A stretch of 64,000 bases of DNA from Macrostomum lignano (Eukaryota). The translations under genes were made by a program, and so were the position numbers. Of this stretch, positions 40,785 through 52,102 are shown piece after piece. The first letter of the stretch is position 1, and every line of letters begins with the position of its first letter. The stretch is taken from contig NIVC01000837.1 of NCBI GenBank assembly GCA_002269645.1, positions 1 to 64,000 on the forward strand. The letters are read 5' to 3'. The notes beneath the pieces are model-generated. The model searched no databases, was not told where the DNA came from, and was given only the letters and a program-made list of their open reading frames with translations.

Positions 40785-41040
40785 ATCATAGTTGACTCAT
40801 AGTTGACTCACAGTTGACCCACATTTGATTCACACTTGACTCACACTTGATTCATAGTTGACTCACACTTGACTTACACTTGACTCACATTGACTCACAC
40901 TTAACTCATAGTTGACTCACACTTGATTCATAGTTGACTGACATTTGACTCACACCAGATTCATAGTTGACTCACAGTTTCCTCACATTTGACTCATAGT
41001 TGACTCACATTTGACTCACACTTGACTCACACTTGACTCC
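40785..41040. repeat. 11-12 bp repeat TTGACTCACAC/A, intron 3 of paralog 2
   Basis: Direct inspection; about 13 TGACTCA cores. Confidence 0.85.
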
Positions 41041-42049
41041 ACCCAACCACCCAGCGCGTCCCGGGTCGCTTCTGCAACCTTCGGCTTGGTGTGCTGTCTG
41101 GCCTCCGGTTTCGTGGCTTCGATCCGCCTTTGGCAGGCCTGCGTCAGGTCCCGCGGCGTCAGAAGGTTCGTAAAATTTCCAACCAAGGACTACTAGACTA
41201 GACAGACTAGACTACATCGAAGAGTTCCTAGTGGTCCTTGGTTGTAAACTGACCAAATTTTTGGGATATTTTAAAACTTGATAGTGAAGTATGAAGTTGG
41301 GAAATGTTTATAGCTAGGGGAATGTTTAACTTGGGGAATGTTTAGCTTGGGGAATGTTTACCTTGGAGAATGTTTAGCCTGAAGAATGTTTACCTTGGAG
41401 AATGTTTAACTTGGAGAATGTTAAACTTGGAGGAATATGAAGTTAGGCATCTTTTAAGCTTTTGGAAGTTGGTTAGTACATGTACAAGAAGTTTGAAGTT
41501 AAGAGCTTCTAAAAGCATCATTTTCAGGGAAATATTTTTTAGATTTAACTTTGTGACAGAATTTAGAGACAGGAATGATCCATACTACTCGTACCTCATG
41601 CATGTGTCATAAATAATCATCTTCTTCGCGCAGAAACCAAGTCGAAGAGCATTCGGCAGATGCTGGAGGCAATCCAGGTGCCACAGCGGAGCAACCAGCG
41701 GCTGCAGCTGAAGCTGGTGCAGCAGCAGCAGCCTCATCATCATCGTCTACAGCAGCAGCACCAGAAGCAGCTCAAGATGACAAACCAGAATCTCCGCCAA
41801 GATACGACACAGTGCTAGAGGAGATGTGGGACGAGAGGCAGCGGCGCCAGCAGATGGATGTCGATTATCCGCAACAACCCGACACGCCGCCGCCTCCGTA
41901 CTGGGCGGTTAGTCGGAGATAAGGCGCTCAGCAATGAGCTGAGCGACTTGACAGGATCTTCAGGGACTCGGGCAGGGTTTTTGGATTCTCAAGGATTTGA
42001 TTTCTCTGGAACACTCTAGTCAGCAGAAATCCTTATGTCATTTTGCTAA

Positions 42050-43850
42050 AATATTCTCAGAGATCCTCTCAGAGATTCTCAGAGTTACCCAAATATTCTC
42101 GAGATCTTTAGATATCCCTAGAAATATTTGAGATCCCCAGAGATCCCTAGAGACCCCCAAAAAATCCCCAGAGATCCCTACCGATGCTTAGATATCCCTA
42201 GAAATATATGAGATCGCCAGAGACCTTAGCGATCCTTAGTTATCTCTAGAAATATGAGATCGCCAGAGATCCCTAGCGATCCTTAGATATCTCTAGAAAT
42301 ATTTGAGATCCCCAGAGATACTTAGAGACCCCCAAAAAATCCCCAGAGATCCCTAGCGATACTTAGATATCCCTAGAAATATATGAGATCGCCAGAGATC
42401 TCTAGCGATCCTTAGATATCTCTAGAAATGTTTGAGATCGCCAGAGATCTCTAGCGATCCTTAGATATCCCCAGAAATATTTGAGATCGCCAGACATCCC
42501 TAGCGATCCTTAGTTATCTCTAAAAATATGAGATCGCCAGAGATCCCTAGCGATCCTTAGATATCTCTAGAAATATTTGAGATCCCCAGAGATACCTAGA
42601 GACCCCCAAAAAATCCCCAGAGATCCCTACCGATGCTTAGATATCCCTAGAAATACATGAGATCGCCAGAGATGTCTAGCGATCCTTAGATATCCCCAGA
42701 AATATTTGAGATCGCCAAACATCCCTAGCAATCCTTAGATGTCTCTAGAAATATTTGAGATCGCCAGAGATCTCTAGTGATCCTTAGATATCTCTAGAAA
42801 TGTTTGAGATCGCCAGAGATCTCTAGTGATCCTTAGATATCCCCAGAAATATTTGAGATCGCCAGACATCCCTAGCGATTCTTAGATATCGCTAGAAATA
42901 TTTGAGATCCCCAGAGATACCTAGAGACCCCCAAAAAATCCCCAGAGATCTCTAGCGATCCTTAGATATCCCCAGAAATATTCGAGATCGCCAGACATCC
43001 CTAGCGATCCTTAGATATCGCTAGAAATATTTGAGATCCCCAGAGATACCTAGAGACCCCCAAAAAATCCCCAGAGATCTCTAGCGATCCTTAGATATCC
43101 CCAGAAATATTCGAGATCGCCAGACATCCCTAGCGATCCTTAGATATCGCTAGAAATATTTGAGATCCCCAGAGATACCTAGAGACCCCCAAAAAATCCC
43201 CAGAGATCTCTAGCGATCCTTAGATATCCCCAGAAATATTCGAGATCGCCAGACATCCCTAGCGATCCTTAGATATCGCTAGAAATATTTGAGATCCCCA
43301 GAGATACCTAGAGACCCCCAAAAAATCCCCAGAGATCTCTAGCGATCCTTAGATATCCCCAGAAATATTCGAGATCGCCAGACATCCCTAGCGATCCTTA
43401 GTTATCTCTAGAAATATTTGAGATCCCCAGGGATACCTAGAGACCCACCAAAAATCCCCAGAGATCTCTAGCGATCCTTAGATATCTCTAGAAATGTTTG
43501 AGATCGTCAGAGATCTCTAGTGATCCTTAGATATCTCTAGAAATATTTGAGAACGCCAGAGATCTCTAGCGGTCCTTAGATATCTCTAGAAATATATGAG
43601 ATCGCCATAGATCCATAGGGATCCTTAGAGATATCTCTAGAAATATATGAGATCCTCAGAGATCCTCAAAGATTCCCATAGATCTTCAGAGATCCTCAGA
43701 GATCTTCAGAGATCCTCAGAGATCTTCAGAGATCCTCAGAGATCTTCAGAGATCCTCAGAGATCTTCAGAGATTCTCAAAGATCTTCAGAGATTCTCAAA
43801 GTAATTTCATAGAGATCCCTAATAATCCTCAGAGGTCCCCAACGATCCTC
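42050..43850. repeat. Complex satellite: about 129-bp higher-order unit built from about 11-bp GAGATCYCYAG subunits
   Basis: Direct inspection; period about 129 bp between 42900 and 43420. Confidence 0.85.
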
Positions 43851-44282
43851 GGTGATCTGAACTATAGTTTGAGAGTCAAGTTGCAGCAGCATCAGGCTCG
43901 AATATATAATTTAGCCTCGTGTATCGCTTTTGTATTTTACAAATATTCAGTCGTACGCTAATTTTTGTGCTTTATTTTAAAACTCCTTCCCTTTCCAGCC
44001 GTGTCTTATCGCTCAAATCAAAAAACAAATTTTCTTCTCCCTTTGGCTTAACAGCATTTGCATAGCGCTGTCTCTGTGAAAAGAAACCATATCTTTTAGT
44101 AAGGTAGATTAAATCCAACGAAATAAAAATATAATGTTCGTTAAAGCGTTAAGTCTTTTGTAAATGTATTATTTCGCGTTTTTGTACTCCCATTTTATTT
44201 TGGGGAACAGGGAAGGACAGCGAGTGAGACGTGGGAGAGAAACCGGGAGGACGAGAGTGCAGTGAGAGGGGAGGGCGACTCC

Positions 44283-44296
44283 GTTGTCATGGCAAC
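44283..44296 (+). promoter_or_regulatory. RFX X-box motif GTTGTCATGGCAAC, about 190 bp upstream of the paralog 3 ATG
   Basis: Perfect match to the GTHNYY-AT-RRNAAC X-box consensus; function untested. Confidence 0.55.
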
Positions 44297-44488
44297 ACCT
44301 CTATAACTCTCACCCCCGGGGACAGAGCAGCCATTATCGATTCTGCCCCTTCTCCGCTATAGAAGTGCTGGAGAGGGCAGGGAGGTGTCCCATACAAGTA
44401 GTTGAGCGAAGAACATTTTTGTTCCTTTTTAGAGTTCAGCAAAGCTGAAGATTGCAGTGTGGCAAAGATTGTTTGCTGATCGTAAAAC

Positions 44489-47400
44489 ATGAAACTGGAG
44501 CTTATCAACTGTCTTATTGTCCTCATTCTTCTGCTGGCTATCGGTAAGATTCCAGTTGCTGCTGTTGTTCCAGGTTCTTTAATGTGCACAGAATTGTAGT
44601 ACAGTATCAGGTAGATAGATATGCAGTTTCAGGTAGATTGTCATGCAGTGGGTCAGGTAGATTGTCATGCAGTGAGTCAGGTAGATTGTCATGCAGTGTG
44701 TCAGGTAGATTGTCATGCAGTGGGTCAGGTAGATTGTCATGCAGTGAGTCAGGTAGATTGTCATGCAGTGAGTCAGGTAGATTGTCATGCAGTGAGTCAG
44801 GTAGATTGTCATGCAGTGAGTCAGGTAGATTGTCATGCAGTGAGTCAGGTAGATTGTCATGCAGTGAGTCAGGTAGATTGTCATGCAGTGAGTCAGGTAG
44901 ATTGTCATGCAGTGAGTCAGGTAGATTGTCATGCAGTGAGTCAGGTAGATTGTCATGCAGTGAGTCAGGTAGATTGTCATGCAGTGAGTCAGGTAGATTG
45001 TCATGCAGTGAGTCAGGTAGATTGTCATGCAGTGAGTCAGGTAGATTGTCATGCAGTGAGTCAGGTAGATTGTCATGCAGTGAGTCAGGTAGATTGTCAT
45101 GCAGTGAGTCAGGTAGATTGTCATGCAGTGAGTCAGGTAGATTGTCATGCAGTGAGTCAGGTAGATTGTCATGCAGTGAGTCAGGTAGATTGTCATGCAG
45201 TGAGTCAGGTAGATTGTCATGCAGTGAGTCAGGTAGATTGTCATGCAGTGAGTCAGGTAGATTGTCATGCAGTGAGTCAGGTAGATTGTCATGCAGTGAG
45301 TCAGGTAGATTGTCATGCAGTGAGTCAGGTAGATTGTCATGCAGTGAGTCAGGTAGATTGTCATGCAGTGAGTCAGGTAGATTGTCATGCAGTGAGTCAG
45401 GTAGATTGTCATGCAGTGAGTCAGGTAGATTGTCATGCAGTGAGTCAGGTAGATTGTCATGCAGTGAGTCAGGTAGATTGTCATGCAGTGAGTCAGGTAG
45501 ATTGTCATGCAGTGAGTCAGGTAGATTGTCATGCAGTGAGTCAGGTAGATTGTCATGATTAAAATCGCCTCTCCTCGATCACACGCAGCCGGTAGCAGCT
45601 CAGGTGCCAGAGGCGGTGGCAGGTTCAGCGGCGGCAGGTACAGCAGTAGGTACAGCGGCAGTAGGAGCAGCGGTCGCTATGGCTCTTCTAGAGGCAGTGG
45701 CTACAGCACTATGTCTCTACTGGTCAGCAAACGATTCTCGTGAGTTCGAATCTTAAACACCTGTAACGCAGGATGGCCTGTGTACTCGTAAAAGCAAAGG
45801 ACGTGACAATTATAGTTTCTTGAAAAGTATTTGAATTTCACTTTAATGAAACAATAAAAATGGCCAGTCACGGAAAGGACGCTTAGAACCAACATTCATG
45901 ACTTTCTAAGAAACGAAGTTTCCCGTCCTAAATTAGGTTATCTTTGAAAGCTAAATATAGTCGTGACTACCCCCTGTACACCCCCTCCCCCAACTATGTC
46001 AGCTACCGCGTGAACAGGCGCGCCTACACCAGCGGCATCTTCTTCTCCTCCTGGCACTGGCGGAGACGCCACTCTGACTACTCCGACAGCGCCACCCTCT
46101 GCTTCAACGTGATTGACGACCTGCCGGCTGAGCACAACAGCTCTGTGGTGGAGCCGTGGCTCTACCGGAACCGAACTGTCTATGGCCTGTTCGTGTGCCC
46201 GATCGAGCCGGGCCGGGAGGACCAGGTGTACTGCTGCGGGGAGGAGGATGGACAGAGGTGCTGCAGCTTCTGGGAGGAGTGAGTTGCTGGCAAATCATGA
46301 GATCAAGCTCATAAAAGTCATGAGATCAAGCTCATAAGAATCATGAGATCAAGCTCATAAAAATCATGAGATCAAGCTCATAAAAGTCATGAGATCAAGC
46401 TCATAAGAATCATGAGATCAAGCTCAAAAAATCATGAGATCAAGCTCATAACAATCATGAGATCAAGCTCATAAGAATAATGTGATCAAGCTCATAAAAA
46501 TCATGAGATCAAGCTCATAGGAATCATGAGATCAAACTCATAACAGTCATGAGATCAAGCTCATAACAATCATGAGATCAAGCTCATAACAATCATGAGA
46601 TCAAGCTCATAACAATCATGAGATCAAGCTCATAACAATCATGAGATCAAGCTCATGAGAAGAGTGAAATCAAGCTCATAACAATTATGAGATCAAGCTC
46701 ATGAGAAGAGTGAAATCAAGCTCATAGCAATTATGAGATCAAGCTCATGTGAAGAGTGAAATCAAGCTCATAACAGTCATGAGATCAAGCTCATAACAAT
46801 CATGAGATCAAGCTCATAACAATCATGAGATCAAGCTCATAACAATCATGAGATCAAGCTCATAACAATCATGAGATCAAGCTCATGAGAAGAGTGAAAT
46901 CAAGCTCATAACAATTATGAGATCAAGCTCATGAGAAGAGTGAAATCAAGCTCATAGCAATTATGAGATCAAGCTCATGTGAAGAGTGAAATCAAGCTCA
47001 TAGCAATCATGAGATCAAGCTCATAGCAATCATGAGATCAAGCTCATAGCAATCATGAGATCAAGCTTATAGCAATCATGAGATCAAGCTCATAGCAATC
47101 ATGAGATCAAGCTCATAACAATCATGAGATCAAGCTCATAGCAATCATGAGATCAAGCTCATAGCAATCATGAGATCAAGCTCATAACAATCATGAGATC
47201 AAGCTCATAGCAATCATGAGATCAAGCTATAGCAATCATGAGATCAAGCTCATAGCAATCATGAGATCAAGCTCATAGCAATCATGAGATCAAGCTCATA
47301 ACAATCATGAGATCAAGCTCATAGCAATCATGAGATCAAGCTCATAACAATCACGAGATCAAGCTCATAGCAATCACGAGATCAAGCTCATAGCAATCAT

Positions 47401-50400
47401 GAGATCAAGTTCATAACAGTCACGAGATCAAGCTCATAACAATCATGAGATCAAGCTCATAACAGTCATGAGATCAAGCTCATAACAGTCACGAGATCAA
47501 GCTCATAACAATCACGAGATCAAGCTCATAACAATCATGAGATCAAGCTCATAACAATCATGAGATCAAGCTCATAACAGTCACGAGATCAAGCTCATAA
47601 CAATCATGAGATCAAGCTCATAACAATCATGAGATCAAGCTCATAACAGTCACGAGATCAAGCTCATAACAATCATGAGATCAAGCTCATATGAATCATG
47701 AGATCAAGCTCATAACAGTCACGAGATCAAGCTCATAACAATCATGAGATCAAGCTCATAACAGTCACGAGATCAAGCTCATAACAATCATGAGATCAAG
47801 CTCATGAGAAGAGTGAAATCAAGCTCATAACAATTATGAGATCAAGCTCATGAGAAGAGTGAAATCAAGCTCATAGCAATTATGAGATCAAGCTCATGTG
47901 AAGAGTGAAATCAAGCTCATAGCAATCATGAGATCAAGCTCATAACAATCATGAGATCAAGCTCATAACAATCATGAGATCAAGCTCATAGCAATCATGA
48001 GATCAAGCTCATAACAATCACGAGATCAAGCTCATAACAATCATGAGATCAAGCTCATAACAATCATGAGATCAAGCTCATAACAGTCATGAGATCAAGC
48101 TCATAGCAATCATGAGATCAAGCTCATAGCAATCACGAGATCAAGCTCATAACAATCACGAGATCAAGCTCATAGCAATCATGAGATCAAGCTCATAACA
48201 ATCACGAGATCAAGCTCATAACAATCATGAGATCAAGCTCATAACAATCATGAGATCAAGCTCATAACAGTCACGAGATCAAGCTCATAGCAATCATGAG
48301 ATCAAGCTCATAGCAATCACGAGATCAAGCTCATAACAATCACGAGATCAAGCTCATAGCAATCATGAGATCAAGTTCATAACAGTCACGAGATCAAGCT
48401 CATAACAATCATGAGATCAAGCTCATAACAGTCACGAGATCAAGCTCATAACAGTCATGAGATCAAGCTCATAGCAATCATGAGATCAAGCTCATAGCAA
48501 TCACGAGATCAAGCTCATAACAATCACGAGATCAAGCTCATAGCAATCATGAGATCAAGTTCATAACAGTCACGAGATCAAGCTCATAACAGTCACGAGA
48601 TCAAGCTCATAACAATCATGAGATCAAGCTCATAACAATCATGAGATCAAGCTCATAACAATCATGAGATCAAGCTCATAACAGTCATGAGATCAAGCTC
48701 ATAACAGTCACGAGATCAAGCTCATAACAATCATGAGATCAAGCTCATATGAATCATGAGATCAAGCTCATAAGAATCATGAGATCAAGCTCATAAAAAT
48801 CATGAGATCAAGCTCATAAGAATAATGAGATCAAGCTCATAGCAATCATGAGATCAAGTTCATAACAGTCACGAGATCAAGCTCATAACAATCATGAGAT
48901 CAAGCTCATAACAGTCATGAGATCAAGCTCATAACAGTCACGAGATCAAGCTCATAACAATCATGAGATCAAGCTCATAACAATCATGAGATCAAGCTCA
49001 TAACAATCATGAGATCAAGCTCATAACAGTCATGAGATCAAGCTCATAACAGTCACGAGATCAAGCTCATAACAATCATGAGATCAAGCTCATAAAAATC
49101 ATGAGATCAAGCTCATAAGAATCATGAGATCAAGCTCATAAAAATCATGAGATCAAGCTCATAAGAATAATGAGATCAAGCTCATAAAAATCATGAGATC
49201 AATCTCATAAGTATTATGAGATCAAGCTCATAACAGTCATGAGATCAAGCTCATAACAATCATGAGATCAAGCTCATAACAATCATGAGATCAAGCTCAT
49301 AACAATCATGAGATCAAGCTCATAACAATCATGAGATCAAGCTCATGAGAAGAGTGAAATCAAGCTCATAACAATTATGAGATCAAGCTCATGAGAAGAG
49401 TGAAATCAAGCTCATAGCAATTATGAGATCAAGCTCATGTGAAGAGTGAAATCAAGCTCATAGCAATCATGAGATCAAGCTCATAGCAATCATGAGATCA
49501 AGCTCATAGCAATCATGAGATCAAGCTATAGCAATCATGAGATCAAGCTCATAGCAATCATGAGATCAAGCTCATAACAATCATGAGATCAAGCTCATAG
49601 CAATCATGAGATCAAGCTCATAGCAATCATGAGATCAAGCTCATAACAATCACGAGATCAAGCTCATAGCAATCATGAGATCAAGTTCATAACAGTCACG
49701 AGATCAAGCTCATAACAATCATGAGATCAAGCTCATAACAGTCACGAGATCAAGCTCATAACAGTCATGAGATCAAGCTCATAGCAATCATGAGATCAAG
49801 CTCATAGCAATCACGAGATCAAGCTCATAACAATCACGAGATCAAGCTCATAGCAATCATGAGATCAAGTTCATAACAGTCACGAGATCAAGCTCATAAC
49901 AATCATGAGATCAAGCTCATAACAGTCATGAGATCAAGCTCATAACAGTCACGAGATCAAGCTCATAACAATCACGAGATCAAGCTCATAACAATCATGA
50001 GATCAAGCTCATAACAATCATGAGATCAAGCTCATAACAGTCATGAGATCAAGCTCATAACAGTCACGAGATCAAGCTCATAACAATCATGAGATCAAGC
50101 TCATATGAATCATGAGATCAAGCTCATAACAGTCACGAGATCAAGCTCATAACAATCATGAGATCAAGCTCATATGAATCATGAGTAAGCTTAAAGTAAG
50201 ATTAAGATACGAGAAGGTCAAAGTAAAAGTACAAATTCGCATGCGTCAATTGCAGCAGCGGCCGAGTCATCGGACTCTGCGTTGGCGTGGTGCTGGGCTG
50301 CTGCGTCTGCGTCTACATCGCTGACCGATGCTACAAGGGCTACAAAAGGCACAAGAACAGGTGCGTAAAGTTCGTGAAGGTAGATTATATCATAAAACAT

Positions 50401-51334
50401 TTTCTCGAGTTGAAGATGCTTAATGTTTCAAGCTTTTGGGAAACTATAGTGACAAAAATGAACCAGCTAAAGTTAGAGTTTACCGTTAAAGTTAATGTTA
50501 ATAGTTTAGAAGATCACCTTCAATAGCTATAGTTTTCCTGTAAAATAACTGTCCTTGGGCCAAAATCGTCAGTTCTGTCGTGTACAACTGTACATGGCAT
50601 GTACCTGGGTGTGATATTGCCCTCAACTGGCTCCATCCAATGTGTGAGCTAGGCTAGCGCTGAACAACGTCTAGTATGTTCATTGCATAGATTTTTCGCG
50701 CTACACTCCATACTTTCTATTTATCAATAGAGAAATTCTGACATGATGAATCATTCGCACTCAATTTACCTGTGATACTAAAAAATGGGTCAAACTTCAT
50801 GCAGGCATACCGAGACCGGTTTCTGGCTTGGTTTGCCTCTGTCAGTCGGCCATTATCACACATCGTACTTTCCCACCACTCTGTGTGCACAGACGTTTCG
50901 TGACATCTTTGCGATATGTGATACATTCTACGATTCAAATCTTTATTTGTATACTTTTCTCAGTAGTCATAATCGAATCTGACAATACCAACGGAGGTCA
51001 AAATCCGCCCAAGACTCAATCATGTGTACATGTAATATGCCATGTACACCTAAATTTCAGCCAATCGCAAAGCGCCATAGTATCCGTGGCGCACACCAAT
51101 CCGGCGCTACAAATGTCAAACGTTCAAGTAGCAGAACCGATTGTTGTAGCCGCGGGTGGCCATGATAATCGGCCGACCTTGGCTCCAGCTTCAAATGACT
51201 TGATCAACAAGCCGACTGAGCAGCCGTTAAACTACTACGGGCAGGAGCAGCAACAGCCGCCACCATACCCGATTAATCTGTCGCAGCAGCCGCCGCCTCC
51301 GGCCTACTGGGATGTCCAGTCCCAGCCAGGCTAA
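44489..51334 (+). CDS. Six-Cys single-pass membrane protein (Shisa-like/CX-type, STMC6), paralog 3, 300 aa, PPxY tail
   Basis: Exons 44489-44543 (signal MKLELINCLIVLILLLAIA), 45589-45739 (GARGGGRFSGGRYSSRYSGSRSSGRYG), 45961-46278 (TLC..FVCP..YCCGEEDGQRCC), 50256-50360 (TM VIGLCVGVVLGCCVCVYIA), 51061-51334 (PPPY, PPAY). Phases 1,2,2,2, total 903 nt in frame. Confidence 0.82.
44610..45556. repeat. Near-perfect minisatellite, 24 bp unit TCAGGTAGATTGTCATGCAGTGAG, about 39 copies, intron 1 of paralog 3
   Basis: Direct inspection; explains ORFs 44579-45562. Confidence 0.97.
46295..50185. repeat. Minisatellite, 23 bp unit CATGAGATCAAGCTCATAACAAT, about 3.9 kb, intron 3 of paralog 3
   Basis: Direct inspection; recurrent variant blocks (GAGAAGAGTGAAATC) show higher-order amplification. 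Confidence 0.97.
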
Positions 51335-52102
51335 GACAACGCTTTGACAACTTCATTGATATTATCAGCTATCGTATATTTGATTGATAGTCGATTTCAG
51401 TAAAGTACCGGGCCAATTGGAAAAATAGTCTCCAGTTTATTTATGTCTATGGCCAAAACAAAACAAATTTGCCATAGACAAATTCAGTCGAGAAAAATCC
51501 GATTAAACGTTCCTAATCAGCCTCTAGCTCATTTCTAAGAAAATCAAGTGTACCACCCTGCTACTGCAGTTGTCCGTGCGCCATGTACATGTACACCTAC
51601 AGTAGTTCTCTGCGTGCTTTTTCTACCCTCTAAAAATCAAATTAATTTTTTGTTGTTTTATCAGAAACTAAGATAAACTAATCTGGCTGACTGTTAATCT
51701 AGTACTAGTGCACCGATATTTGAAATTAGCAATATGTACGATTGTATATGTACTTTGCACGTTTACCAGTGGCTTATCGGTTATTATGTACTTTAATCTC
51801 TGCTTGTACTTTAATATATAAAATAATTACAAAGCAAATTTTACCGTTCGATAGATTTGAACAATACAGCATTAATTACTAAGCATTCCTGAACAGAGAA
51901 AATAGAGCAAAATGTTTTTTTGCATTATATTTTATTATATTCAGATAATGCTTATAGCAAGCAAATAGTTAAACACACAAAGACCGCACAGGCTGCATAA
52001 CTGACATTAAGAGAACAGAACAAGCTTATATACAAATAGACGGCGCATTACGGCAAAGGAGCACTGTTTGGGTGTCCAAACTATAGTGTTAATATTTATA
52101 GT

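Larger units (their letters stand above)
39082..41922 (+). pseudogene. Six-Cys single-pass membrane protein paralog 2; exon 3 appears frame-disrupted (pseudogene or assembly indels)
   Basis: Exons 39082-39142 (MLCNRNISAVSWALCIAITA), 40236-40344 (ELMLCPAIGKSSTGSRSSRSSFRSSGSVSVFVSSKF), about 40534-40741 (Cys domain), 41055-41165 (TM), 41634-41922 (tail with PPRY and PPPPY). Phases match the paralogs, but no phase-2 acceptor leads into the frame that encodes the Cys motif. Confidence 0.6.

Noticed and set aside
44579-45562. 313-325 aa ORFs on both strands (MTIYLTHC, SGRLSCSE, QVDCHAVS)
   Set aside because: A 24-bp unit divisible by 3 gives open frames by chance; the array lies in a phase-1 intron of paralog 3.
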